A stretch of 64,000 nucleotides of DNA from an uncultured virus (IMG/VR IMGVR_UViG_3300050821_004776) (Duplodnaviria; Heunggongvirae; Uroviricota; Caudoviricetes), in IMG/VR virus record IMGVR_UViG_3300050821_004776; one strand, 5' to 3'. This document shows, piece by piece, positions 20,046 through 30,702 of the stretch. Each line of letters starts with the position of its first letter. The first letter of the stretch is position 1. Made by a program: the position numbers and the translations under genes. The notes below the pieces were generated by a model. It saw only the letters and a program-made list of their open reading frames with translations, searched no databases and was not told where the DNA came from.

Positions 20046-23000
20046 TCACGCACGCGCACAAGCGGGTAAAAATGCACGGCAGCCTGGAGTTCCGGGTCAC
20101 CTACGCGATCGAGACCCTGCCCTTCCGGCAGCACCCCTTCCGGCCGGCCGCCCAGTACCAGCCGACGCACCTGACGTTCACCCTGGCCAGCGCGAGCCCG
20201 GAGGACGGCAGGCTTCCCCGGTACAAGGATCTTCACGTCAGTCATATCGACATTCGCGGTCCCCGGATCAAGAAGGACGGGACGCCCGGGGACTTCACGG
20301 TCAGGGAAACCCTGTACCGCAGCAGCCGTGAGCCGTGGCCGCCCTGGGCCGAGGACATCGTCCTGAAGGCGATCGCCGAGCTGAAAGGGCTGGACAATGG
20401 CTGACGTAGCCGGCTGCGCCCCTGAGTGGTACCGCAAGCAGCAGGACGACCTGACGAGGCAGCACCAGGCCACGCGCCGGGCCGCCCGTGCGGATACCGA
20501 GAACATGCTCTGGCGGATGACCGCCGATCAGCGCACGATGTTCCTGAACCGGCTGATCGTGGCCGACCCGGAGCGGGCGCAGGCTATCGCGAAGAACGTG
20601 CTGAAATGATGACCTGGGCGCTGTACATCATGATCTACCAGTTCATCGCGCTCCAGGCCGCCCGGTACCTGTACCGGCACCGCGAGTGGAAACTGCCGCA
20701 CCTGAACGAGTTCCGCACGACGGTCTACACCTGGGAGAAGTCCGCCTGGATAGCCTTCGTGCTCGGCCAGGCCTGGCCCGCCGGAATCCTCCGGACCCTG
20801 GCCGGGCTGGGTGTGAAATCAGTTCACTGGTATATCACCGCTGAGAAGCTCGCCCTGCGGAAGCCGCCCGTGATCGACATCGAGAAGGCGGAAGCCGACC
20901 TGGCCAGGGCCGGCCTGGAGCTGGCGGCAGCACAGTCTCCCGGTGACGGGCAGGAGAAGCACATCCCGCCGCCGGACGTGACCGGAACCTTCAGCACCCC
21001 GCCCCGGACCTTCGGCTACACCGACGATGAGTGGGAGGCGGTGTTCTGCCCGACGTTCCCCCACCGGTCCTTCGGCCGCATGCGTTCTCTCCATGGCATC
21101 CCGCCGCCGGACGTGACCGGAACCTTCAGCACCCCGCCGCGCCAGACCGGGGATCGTGATGACGGCTAGCGATCGCCTCACGCCGCCGCCGGAAACTCCC
21201 GGGCCGCGCATTCCCACCGCCGCCGAACTCGACGCGCACTTCATGGTGAGCAACAGCGACGGGAAGCGCTGCGAGGTCATCTCCGCGCCCACAGGCGAGC
21301 CTGTCTGCACTCGCGACGCCGTCTACCGGGTGACGCTGGTCTACCCGGACACGCACGCGTGCGGAAACCGCACCGCAGAATGCGCCCTGTGCCTGGAACA
21401 CACCGAGGGCATCCAGCGTTACGACAAATACAACCTGCTTGTGTGCAAGGCATGCAGGGCATCGGTCACAAAGCTGATAATCGAGCCGCTTGGAGGACGA
21501 GCATGACAGACAGGGGCTTCGCCCGCGTATATCACGAACTGGGCTTGTTCGGCATCGCCTGGAAAGAGGTCCGCAGGCTCATGAACGAGGCCATGAGCCT
21601 GGCCAGCGCCGAGCACCAGATGGGAGCCAAGGGCCGTGTTCCCATTCGCGGCACCAAGCGCGTACTGGTCTACAACTCCGGGATCGACGGACTCGACGCC
21701 ACCTGGTCGATAGAGGACGAGAACCCCGAGGTCCACGTGGACTGGCGCATGACCGCCGCCGAATGGGAAGAGCTGCGCAGCGTTCTCATCGGCCACGGCG
21801 GCACATCCGCGTACGTGAACAGCCTCTACTTGTCAGGGAAGCTAGGCCCGCACGCGCCGGAGATGAAGCACTGATGCCGTGGTGGGGGTGGCTCGTTATC
21901 AGCCTCCTGGGCACGTCACTGACCGCCGTGCTGATCCTGGCCGCGTGGTTCCTGCACGACCTGTCAAAGGGGATGCGGGGATGAGCGCCGTGGCCGCGAC
22001 GCCTGACCGGGCGGTGTGCGCCCACTGCGACCTGCGGGACGCCGCCAGCGGCGAGCACCTCTGCATGGGCTTCCTGTTCGACTGGCTGGAGGACCTGGAC
22101 GGCGAGCACCGCATGCGCGAGTTCGGCGAGCTGATCGGGCTTATGGATGAGCTGGGCATCTGATGTACCAGCTTTTCTACAAGACAGGGGAATCGGCGAA
22201 CTCCGCACAGCACGCCACCGCCTTCCGCACCAGGGCGGAGCGCGCGGAGTTCGCGAAGGGTCCGGAGGTCTACTGGTACCATTTGCCGGAGGATGAGGAC
22301 TGGTGCCGCTGGACACGCGGCGGAGCCTGGCAGGCGACCGCTCGTCCCGGCCCGGCTGACGTAGTGCCCGAGCCCCCCGAGATCACGGAGGATGACCGCT
22401 GGTGAGCGCAGGCACGATCGAGACTGAGATCACGGAGCTGGCCGGCCTTGACCTGGAAAGCGCCCCGCCCTGCCAGATGCGGTGGACTCACCAGGTCACG
22501 CACCGCAGTTTCTGCTGCGGCAAGCCTAGCGTGATACGACTTCACATACGCTGCAAGAGGTGCGGGTTCTCGGCTTACCGGTTCTACTGCCGCGAGTGCT
22601 GGGAGGACATCAGGAAAGGTGACGCGCGCTGCGGGAGCGAGTCCTGCGATAGCTCGGAATTCACCTACAGGGAGAGCTGATGAAAAGCCGGGAACTGATT
22701 ATGCGGTACTTCAAGGCCCGCGCGCTGTCATGGCTGACTGTCAGCACGATTCCCGTCATGATCCCGGGTACTGACAGCCCCGTGGTCCTCGCTGTCTACC
22801 ACAACGGGAAGTACATCAGTCCTGAGGTTGTTCATATTCCTAACGACCCTCGCGACCTGTGGGGGCCGGACGGCCCGATCAGCAAGGAGCCCCCGCCAGA
22901 CGAGGGCGGAGAGGATACACCGCATGAGCATTAAAGACGAGGCCGGCGCGGTCGTGCAGGCGACAGCCGAGGCCGCCGCCAGCCTGTACGCGGCGTTCAT

Positions 23001-23399
23001 GGAGACGCCCGCGCAGGTCAACGGCGCTACGGTTTTCTTTACCCCTGACCAGGCGTTCGAGCTGACTAAGACCGTGATCTGGGAAGCCCTCAGAGACCGG
23101 GGCCTGACGTGAGCACCGCCCTCGCCGAGCCGGAGACCGAAGACCTGGAGAAGCTCCTGGGCAAACCGCCGGACTGCCAGCTATGGCTCATAAAGCGCGG
23201 CGTATTCTGCGGCAAGCCCTCGCTGCATCACGTGAAGCTCACCTGCCCGTGCGGAAATCAGGGGCTGTTCTTCGTGTGCGAGGATCACCTGACGGAGGTA
23301 CGCGGCGGCAGTGTCCGGTGCACGGGGTGCTCGCACTACGGCAGGCTGTGCATGGACCTGGTGCTGGACCCCGCCGGCTGGACGTACGTGATCCTGTGA
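20042..23399 (+). other. Run of about 12 small hypothetical genes, several Cys-rich (21156-21506, 22402-22680, 23109-23399) and a membrane protein (20606-21169)
   Basis: Contiguous ORFs with ATGA/GTGA overlaps. Confidence 0.6.
20962..21138 (+). repeat. 42-bp exact direct repeat (20962-21003, 21097-21138) enclosing a 34-bp copy of primase-helicase sequence
   Basis: CATCCCGCCGCCGGACGTGACCGGAACCTTCAGCACCCCGCC twice; 21041-21074 is identical to 33128-33161. Confidence 0.9.
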
Positions 23400-23608
23400 G
23401 CAGCAGAACCGAAGCCGTGCAACTGGCCAGGCAGCTCCGGAACGAGGGCTTCGACGTTGAACTCACCCGGGGCAGCGGCCACTGGGAGGTGCGCCGCAAC
23501 GGCAGGCGCGTGACCACGTTCGCGAACACTCCCGGTGATCACCGCTGGAAGCGGAACGCCCTTCAGTACATACGCAGGTGGAAGCGCTCGAACGGGGTGA
23601 AGACATGA
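23396..23608 (+). CDS. HicA-like small protein
   Basis: 70 aa; LRNEGFDVELTRGSGHW...TP pattern of HicA-fold proteins. Confidence 0.55.
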   Translation: MSSRTEAVQLARQLRNEGFDVELTRGSGHWEVRRNGRRVTTFANTPGDHRWKRNALQYIRRWKRSNGVKT

Positions 23609-23711
23609 TCCTTGGCGTCCTGGCGATGGCCGGCGGCGTGCTGCTGTTTACCGCGATCGCGGCCGGCATCATGTTCAGCGAGAGGCACGGCACGGACCAC
23701 CGTGATGACGA

Positions 23712-25544
23712 CTAGACCTTCAGCGGCTGGCCGCCGAGCAGCTCGTTGACGATCCTGGGGTCGCGCACCAGGTCGGACAGGTGCCGGGCCTTGTCCTTCA
23801 GCAGCAGCCGGACACGGCTCTCGACGGTATCGGTCGCGACGATGTCGGTCACGTGGACCTGCTTGGCGTTGCGCACGTCGTCGGCGCGGGCCTCAGCCTG
23901 GTGGGCCTGCCAGTACGCCCACGGGCGCTCCAGGAAGACCACGTGGTCGCCCCGGTCAAGGGTCAGGCCGACGCCCCCGGCTGTCACATTGGCGCACAGC
24001 AGGTCCAGCCCGCCGCCCTGGAAGGCCCGCCGCACCATCGTGCGCTGCTTAGCGGTCTGGCCGCCGACGATGAGCCCGACGCGGTAGCCCTCCTGCTGCG
24101 CCCGCACCGCCGCGAGCCTGACAAGCTGGGTGTGCGGGCTGAAGGCGATCAGCGGCGAGCCCCGGCTGTCGTCCATCATCGTCATAAGCTCGTCCACCTT
24201 CCAGGACGGCTCGCGCATGGTGACATGAGTCCTGGGCACCATCTCGCCGAACGTCTCGCTGGTCTCCTTCGTGTCCAGCTCCATGACGATCTCGACGTCG
24301 CACGCCGAGGACGCGAGCTGGGTGAGGCGCTGGAGCTGCGCGAGGATGGTCATGACCTCAAGCGGCTCATCGGTGTCCGGGATGTGCGCGATCATGTCCT
24401 TCGCCATCTCGTCGTAGGCGGCGCGGTAGGCGTGCGGGATGGTGACGACGCGGGTGGAGTAGGACTTAGGCGGGAGATCCTCATTGACGTCGGCCATCGC
24501 CACGCGGCGCAGGGACCCCTGGATGAGGACGTAGAACTCCTCCCGGTTGGCGGTGGAGATGCCATCGACCTTGTCCGGGCCGTAATCGGCGGAGCTGCGG
24601 TCGGTGTAGCGGGCCTTGTACCGGTCAGGGTCGGGGAAGCTCCTGATGTCCATGACGTTCATCGCGTGGTAGAAGCCGCCGATGTCCCGGGTGATGGGCG
24701 TCCCGCTCGCCAGGAGCGTGAACTCGGCGATACGCGCGCACTGCATGGCCGCCGTGGACTGCTTGCTCTGGGCGCACAGGCAGTGGGCCTCGTCCAGGGC
24801 GAGCGTCTTCGGGACGATGAACTCCAGCAACGGCGGCAGCTCGTCGTGCTCGTGCTTCATGTCCAGGCGGAAGGTGTTCCAGCTCATGACGTAGATGTTG
24901 TACCTGCTGGACAGGTTGCGCCGTCGCGTTCCCCGGTAGGCGGTCACCGGCCAGTCCGGGAAGGCGGTTTCCAGCTCCTCCAGCCACGGGTCCACGACCG
25001 ACGCCGGGCATACCACCACGGCCGGCCAGGGATTCTCCCCGCGTGCCTCCAGCTCGGCCAGGGTCAGCAGCACCGTGCGAGTTTTCCCGGTCCGCATGTC
25101 ATCGCCGAAGAAGAACCGCTTGTTGACCGCGCCTGCGTAGGCCCCGGACACCTGGTGGGGCATCGGGGTCCAGGACAGCGAGGACAGGTCGAACTTCAGC
25201 TCGCCGTTCTCGTCGTGGCGGCGGCAGAACTCCCCGAAGATCCAGGACTTCAGTCCTTCGTCCGGGAGCCAGTAGAAGCCGCGCTCCTCCATGAGCTTGG
25301 AGAGCTGGGTGACCATGGCCCAGGTGAGCGGGACCCTGACGTCGCCGGAATTGTCCTTGGTCCTGGCCGGCAGCGCCGTGAGATGCTTCAGCGCCGTGCC
25401 CACCTCAGCGATCTGCCAGTCCGCGCCGTCCACGTGCAGCCGGATGTTCCGGGGGTGCGCGCAGTTCCCTGTGGGGTGGTAGCCCAGGCACTCGATCCGG
25501 GCGGTCAGGGCAGCCGTGGCGTAACGGTCATACCCCTGGCTCAC
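23712..25544 (-). CDS. SNF2-family (SF2) helicase
   Basis: DDMRTGKT, VVCPASV, DEAH, SGTP, GGVGLTL and QAEAR motifs. Confidence 0.92.
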   Translation of the reverse strand: MSQGYDRYATAALTARIECLGYHPTGNCAHPRNIRLHVDGADWQIAEVGTALKHLTALPARTKDNSGDVRVPLTWAMVTQLSKLMEERGFYWLPDEGLKSWIFGEFCRRHDENGELKFDLSSLSWTPMPHQVSGAYAGAVNKRFFFGDDMRTGKTRTVLLTLAELEARGENPWPAVVVCPASVVDPWLEELETAFPDWPVTAYRGTRRRNLSSRYNIYVMSWNTFRLDMKHEHDELPPLLEFIVPKTLALDEAHCLCAQSKQSTAAMQCARIAEFTLLASGTPITRDIGGFYHAMNVMDIRSFPDPDRYKARYTDRSSADYGPDKVDGISTANREEFYVLIQGSLRRVAMADVNEDLPPKSYSTRVVTIPHAYRAAYDEMAKDMIAHIPDTDEPLEVMTILAQLQRLTQLASSACDVEIVMELDTKETSETFGEMVPRTHVTMREPSWKVDELMTMMDDSRGSPLIAFSPHTQLVRLAAVRAQQEGYRVGLIVGGQTAKQRTMVRRAFQGGGLDLLCANVTAGGVGLTLDRGDHVVFLERPWAYWQAHQAEARADDVRNAKQVHVTDIVATDTVESRVRLLLKDKARHLSDLVRDPRIVNELLGGQPLKV

Positions 25545-25931
25545 TCCTCACCCCGGATGCGCATGAGCTTCTCTTCCAGCCGGGCCGTGACCCTGGCGTT
25601 ATCCGCGCACGAGGCAGCGCACGCCTCCGTCACGCCGCTGATCGCGGACGTCAGGCGGGCGCACAGGCCCTCCAGGTCCCGGACGCGGCTTTCGAGCCGG
25701 GCGATCTTCAGCTCCAGGGTCTCTACCCGGACCGTGACGGCCTGGGGGAACGCGGGCGCTTTCACTGCCCTGAACGCCGGATTGTCCTGGCACCCGCAAT
25801 GACCGCACATACTGTGAACTCCCTTCACACTTCGGCGTGCTGATGGGTGAGGTCCCGCCGGGAGCTTTCCTGCCGCCCTCGGGGGAAGGGGAAGCGGGGC
25901 TCGCTCCCGGCGGGACCTCAGCTCGGGGGTG

Positions 25932-27086
25932 TTACTGCGGCGGCTGCCCGCCCGCGAGCCTGGCCAGCAGCGCGGCCTTCTCCGGATCGGCTACTCCCGG
26001 GACCGGCGGGACACCGTTCGGGGCACCAGGAGCCTGCGTACCAGGCGCTGGCGGAGGGGCATAGCCCTGGGGTCCGGGAACTCCTGGCGCGGCACCGTTA
26101 GGAGGCGGCGGGGGCGGAGCCTGGAACTGTACCTGGGGCGGGGTGGCGTACTGGGCAGTAGCCGGGGGTGCGGGCGGCGCAGTAACCGGTGCCGGCACAG
26201 CAGGAGGGGCCTGGACCGCCGCCTGGTAGTAAGCGGCGTTCGGGTCAGGTGCCTGCGGAGCGTATCCCGGCGATGAAGCACCGGCCGGCGGCGGAACAGG
26301 AGAGGGGGCAGCCGCAGGTGCTGGCGGCGCAGCGTAGGTCTGCTGCGGTGCCGAGGGTGCCGGCGCTGGTGAAGTAGGGGGGACCTGCTCAGGGGCGTCT
26401 TCCTGAAGCTCCCTGCCGCCGGGCGTGTACTGGAAGTTGTACAGCTTGGTCGGGTTGTAGCCGGGGCGGCCCGCCGGGCGCTCGCCCGCGCTGACCATGT
26501 AGAAGGTCGCGCCGCCGAGGTGACGGTTGGCGATGGCCTTAGCGGGATCGGTGATGCCGGCGGCGGCCATGGCGTTCTTGAAGGCGTCGCTCGACGCGCC
26601 CTTCAGGTAGACCGACGCCATGCCCTCGGTGAAGATCCCCGGATGGCTGCCGTCCGAGCTGGCCAGGACCGTGCACGGGAGGATGAGGACGAACTTCGGC
26701 TTGCCGGTCCCCTTGAAGTTCTGGGGGACTCCGTCGGAATTGGTCTGCTGCTGGACGTCGGCCGGGGTGAGGTCCCGGGCAACCTGGAGCTGGAGCCAGT
26801 GACCCTGGGGGCGCTGCGCGGTGAAGAACTTGGTCACCGACGCTCCTCCCCCGGTGGGCTGATCCAGGAAGTCCTCCAGGGTGCCACGGGCAAGCACAGG
26901 GGCCTGGGGTGCCGCAGGCTGCTGCTGGTAGGGCTGTTGCGGAGGATAGTAGGCAGGCTGCTGATAGCCAGGAGGAGGTTGCTGGTAGCCAGGAGAAGGG
27001 GGCGCGTACCCCGGCTGCGGATAGCCCGGGGCCTGCTGCGGCGGGTAAGGCTGCTGCGGAGGGTAAGGCTGCTGCGGATACGTCAT
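25932..27086 (-). CDS. Pro/Gln-rich protein, probable ssDNA-binding protein
   Basis: Globular core (GKPKFVL...NPTKLY) flanked by low-complexity arms; lies between exonuclease and helicase. Confidence 0.5.
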   Translation of the reverse strand: MTYPQQPYPPQQPYPPQQAPGYPQPGYAPPSPGYQQPPPGYQQPAYYPPQQPYQQQPAAPQAPVLARGTLEDFLDQPTGGGASVTKFFTAQRPQGHWLQLQVARDLTPADVQQQTNSDGVPQNFKGTGKPKFVLILPCTVLASSDGSHPGIFTEGMASVYLKGASSDAFKNAMAAAGITDPAKAIANRHLGGATFYMVSAGERPAGRPGYNPTKLYNFQYTPGGRELQEDAPEQVPPTSPAPAPSAPQQTYAAPPAPAAAPSPVPPPAGASSPGYAPQAPDPNAAYYQAAVQAPPAVPAPVTAPPAPPATAQYATPPQVQFQAPPPPPPNGAAPGVPGPQGYAPPPAPGTQAPGAPNGVPPVPGVADPEKAALLARLAGGQPPQ

Positions 27087-27151
27087 CGACAGTCCTAAGA
27101 AGAAGAGGATGAGCCCTGTGCTTGCGCGATCGCCTGGTCAGGGGTAAATCT

Positions 27152-27238
27152 CAGTTGCCAGTTCACAGTTGTCAGTTGTCAGTTGCTGCCCGATTTGACC
27201 GCGCCCGCCCACTATAACCCGGTTCGCGCCGCTGTCGA
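27152..27238 (-). promoter_or_regulatory. Promoter (TCGACA-N16-TATAGT) and five heptamer repeats in the leader of the SSB-like gene
   Basis: -35 at 27238-27233 and -10 at 27216-27211; CAGTT at 27152, 27159, 27166, 27173 and 27180. Confidence 0.6.
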
Positions 27239-27253
27239 GCCCTCGCCGGGGTG

Positions 27254-29173
27254 TTACCTCAGGTCACGTTTCAGGCTCGTCCCGGGGCAGCCGGCCTTGG
27301 TCCCCTCGGTGCTGGCGGCGGCATTCCAGAAGGGGCACCACTGGCAGTCATCGTCACTCGGCGTCATCGGCACCTCCCAGAACGTGACGCGCCCTTGTGC
27401 CATGAGCTTCGCCAGGTCTTCCCGCGCCCGGGTCTTGTCCAGGTACTCCAGGGCGAGGCGCAGGTCGTCGTTAGTGATCTCGTGCTCCCAGACGTACATG
27501 TCATCCAGCGTGGACTTGGTGCGCGGCCAGGAGATCAGCACCATCCGCCGGACGTCGAAGCCCTCGTTCATGTAGCCGATCGCGTAGAAGAGGAGCTGGA
27601 GGAAGTAGTGCAGCGGCGGCCCGTCCCGCCTCAGCCGCGTCCGGATCGCCTCGGACTGCCCCTTGTGGTCATCGACCGCGAACCACAGGGTGTCGTAGAG
27701 GTCGGCGGTCCCGGGGTGCGGCTGATCAGCTCCGGGGTCGGGGCAGACACGGCGCTCCGTGAACCAGCGGCCCGGGTTGCCGCCCTGGGCGGCGTCCCAG
27801 GCGAACGCCTGCTCAAGGAACGCGTGGATGGCCGTCCCGACGACCGAAGCCCAGGCGTAGGTGTCCTTGATGGCTCCCGTCGATTCGCCGAACGAGACCC
27901 CGGCCATCTTCCCCACGACCTGCCGGTCACAATTCCCTGTCATCAGGTCATCCGCCAGGCCGAACGCCCCTGTGCCTTCCACCGTGGCACAATACACCAG
28001 TTCCCGCCGCCCTGTGCGCTCTACGGACGCCACTTTCCAGTGCAAGTCGCGTTCCCCGTTCTGGCTAGCGGCTTCCGCACGACGGCGGTGCTCTTCGGTC
28101 AGGAAGAACCACAAGGGAAGATCCGCCCTGCGAAGGGTCAGCTTGTGCAAGGGCGTAGCTTCCGTCGCCAGGGTCTTTCCGCTGATGCCGACGCGCATGC
28201 TCGTTGTGATCAGCCCGTAACCGATACCGCAAACGGCAGCCACGCTGCGCACGAACTCCAGATTTTCGCGGGAAGCGGACGAGATAGAGCAGTGCCCGTC
28301 ATCCTCGCTGACTGTTCCGTCCGCCGCAAAATACCCGGCAAGCCAGGACACGAGAAACGCGCTGGATTCTCCGATGGGAGGCAATTCTTTCCAGAACTTC
28401 GGAAGGGGCCTGATCTCGTGCGAGAGCTGGACGCCCCTGTCCGGCTCGTCAGCCCGGGACTTCACTTCCCTGACTGCCGACGCCGGAAAGAATTTGAGCA
28501 TCGCGCTGTCTTTGCCGTTGGCATAGATGCTGAGAACGCCTGCCTGCACCCGGTTGCTCCCCTGCCGGTTACCGAGACGTGAACCGTCGCCGAAAACAAA
28601 CCCCTGGGCGGCAGCCACATCCATGAGGGTCGCACTGCGCGGCATAGCACGGCGGAGCTGGGTAAGGCGCTGTCCGGGACGAAGTTCCCGGGTCGTAAGA
28701 CGCTGCTGCTTCTTCTGCTTGCCCGACCAGTACGACCGGAACCACGTGTGCTCTGGCGTCGCGTAAATGACCTTCTCACTGCCGCTTCGGGTGAGCGTCA
28801 CCTTCAGCAGCTCTTGTTCGCCGAAGCACGTAACGGGAACACGCCTGAATTTGCCCCAGCGCTTGCGCACATCGCTGCCCGCATACAGCATGGGAACGAG
28901 CAGCTCGGCTTCACCTGTCTTCGCGAGGTCCCGGATAGGCTTCAGTCCTTCCCGGGTCACCACCTCCGTATCGCCCGACAGGCACGCGTGTCCCAGCTCG
29001 GAGGGGCCGAGGTGGCGCTGGACGTTGCGGGGCAGGCGCGCGGCGTAGCGCATCACCACATCCCGCAGCTCGGTGGCGTAGCGCTGAGCCCACAGCGTGT
29101 TGCCGCTGGAGAGGTAGACAGGCGGCCCGTGATAGGTGACCTGATCCGCGAACGCTGCGAGCTTGTCCGGCAT
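27254..29173 (-). CDS. Cas4-like PD-(D/E)xK exonuclease interrupted by an intein
   Basis: Spliced extein reads PSELGHA|CDRQ...GTAIH...ADLYD...DHK...QLLFY...CQWCPF...C (four Cys, Fe-S type). Confidence 0.85.
   Translation of the reverse strand: MPDKLAAFADQVTYHGPPVYLSSGNTLWAQRYATELRDVVMRYAARLPRNVQRHLGPSELGHACLSGDTEVVTREGLKPIRDLAKTGEAELLVPMLYAGSDVRKRWGKFRRVPVTCFGEQELLKVTLTRSGSEKVIYATPEHTWFRSYWSGKQKKQQRLTTRELRPGQRLTQLRRAMPRSATLMDVAAAQGFVFGDGSRLGNRQGSNRVQAGVLSIYANGKDSAMLKFFPASAVREVKSRADEPDRGVQLSHEIRPLPKFWKELPPIGESSAFLVSWLAGYFAADGTVSEDDGHCSISSASRENLEFVRSVAAVCGIGYGLITTSMRVGISGKTLATEATPLHKLTLRRADLPLWFFLTEEHRRRAEAASQNGERDLHWKVASVERTGRRELVYCATVEGTGAFGLADDLMTGNCDRQVVGKMAGVSFGESTGAIKDTYAWASVVGTAIHAFLEQAFAWDAAQGGNPGRWFTERRVCPDPGADQPHPGTADLYDTLWFAVDDHKGQSEAIRTRLRRDGPPLHYFLQLLFYAIGYMNEGFDVRRMVLISWPRTKSTLDDMYVWEHEITNDDLRLALEYLDKTRAREDLAKLMAQGRVTFWEVPMTPSDDDCQWCPFWNAAASTEGTKAGCPGTSLKRDLR
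27932..28984 (-). mobile_element. Intein (351 aa) with LAGLIDADG homing endonuclease
   Basis: Starts CLSGDT; ATPEH block B; GFVFGDGS and WLAGYFAADGT motifs; ends LMTGN before +1 Cys. Confidence 0.92.
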
Positions 29174-29225
29174 GCCTGTGACCCTACCTTACTGCGGGCA
29201 CGGGTTCCGCAACTGTGAACTCACT

Positions 29226-30655
29226 TCACGCCGGCGGTCGCATGAGGCCGACGACGAGCTTGAGCGCCTGGTCTTCGGTAAATCCCGCTTGCATGTACGC
29301 CTTGAACATCTCGTGCGCGGAGATCGCGGCCTCCACTAGCTGGCTGAACGGCTCGGACTGATCGTCACCCATGATGAGCCCCCCGCTTCCCGGCCGCCAG
29401 CGCCTTCCAGTCCGCTCGCGGTGCCGGGCTGTCCGCCTCGTCGTGTGCCCGCGCGTAATCCGCGTCCCCGAGGTACCACAGGCGGCATCCGTGCCCGTCT
29501 TCGCGGAAGCGGATGCCCTCATGCGGCTCGAACGTGAATGACCAGCCCGTGCACTTCGGCGCGCCCTCGTAGTCGATGCGGTCGGCGTACTTGCGCATCA
29601 GGGCGGCGAGACGGCGCTTCACGGCTCCCGCTTGCGGATGATCACCCATGATGAGCCCCCCGCTTGCGGATGATCACGCCGGCCACGCCCAGGAGCCTCC
29701 GCAGCGCCTGCACGTCGGAGAGGGTAACGACATGGCCTACGGTCATGCCGCCCTCGTCCGGGTCCAGGTGCTGGCCGGCGAGGCACAGGAGGTGCAGGGC
29801 CGTATCGCTCATGACAAGCGTGACCGGGTGCAGCCCCTCGTCTTCCGGCGGCCCTGGCGGGGACTGTGAACTCACCTCACGTTCCCGCGCGAGCCACAGC
29901 CCGAGGATCTCCGTGACCTCTTCCGCGATCTTCCGGCCCTGCTCGATGATCTCCGTGTACTCACCCACGGCGCGCTCCTCCCTTGTTCTCGCGCAGCTCC
30001 CACGACGCCTTGACGGGCTTGAGCCAGCGCTGGTACGTCTCGGGGTCTTCCGCCGCCATGGTCTTGCTGTCCACGCGCCAGCCCCCCTTCAGCGTCATCG
30101 TATACGCCGGGTACCTGCCGTGAGGATCGGCCGTGATGTCGAAGGCGTCCGGGAGATCCGCCGGGTCCGGGAACACCGACAGCAGCCACGCCTTGATCGC
30201 GGCCTTCAGCTCCTCGTGCGCTTCCTTCGCCACGGACTCGGCGTCGTCCGCCTTCTTGTTCGATATCAGGAGCTGCTCCAGCTTGCCGCCGGACTCCGGC
30301 TCGATCTTGGCGCGCTTCCGGGCAGGCTGGGGGACCGGCGGTGCCGGCTGGGGAACTGGTTCGGTCACGGCAGCCTCTCTTCCTGGCTGATCATGCGCCA
30401 GGCACACAGCTTGCCGCGCATGCGGGTATCCGGCTGGGCCGGGACGATCTCCACGACGGTGTCCGGTGACAGCCCCGCCCGCGCGCACTCCCGCACGAAC
30501 CCGGCCAGCTCGCCCACGGTCGGCGTCATCTTCCACGTCAGGAACACCTCCGCCCGGACCTGCGACCACACCGTCTCATCGTCGTGGACGTCGAAGCGGT
30601 CGGGTATGTAGCCAGGATCGTCAGGCGGGGGCTCAGGGGTGTAACCGCAGTTCAC
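29226..30655 (-). other. Five small hypothetical genes (29226-29372, 29365-29649, 29642-29968, 29961-30368, 30365-30655)
   Basis: Overlapping ORFs; GTG at 30655 is preceded by AAGGAG. Confidence 0.6.
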
Positions 30656-30702
30656 AGGGGACTCCTTAGGTACGGGCCGGGGGATGTAGCCAGGATCGTC
30701 AG

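Noticed and set aside
21041..21074. Diversity-generating retroelement template/variable repeat pair
   Set aside because: Copies are identical with no adenine-specific differences, and no reverse transcriptase is in the window.
23781..25802. Long antisense ORFs (23781-25802, 27251-28582, 35101-37173, 51895-53163 and others)
   Set aside because: Shadow frames opposite well-supported genes, expected at high GC.
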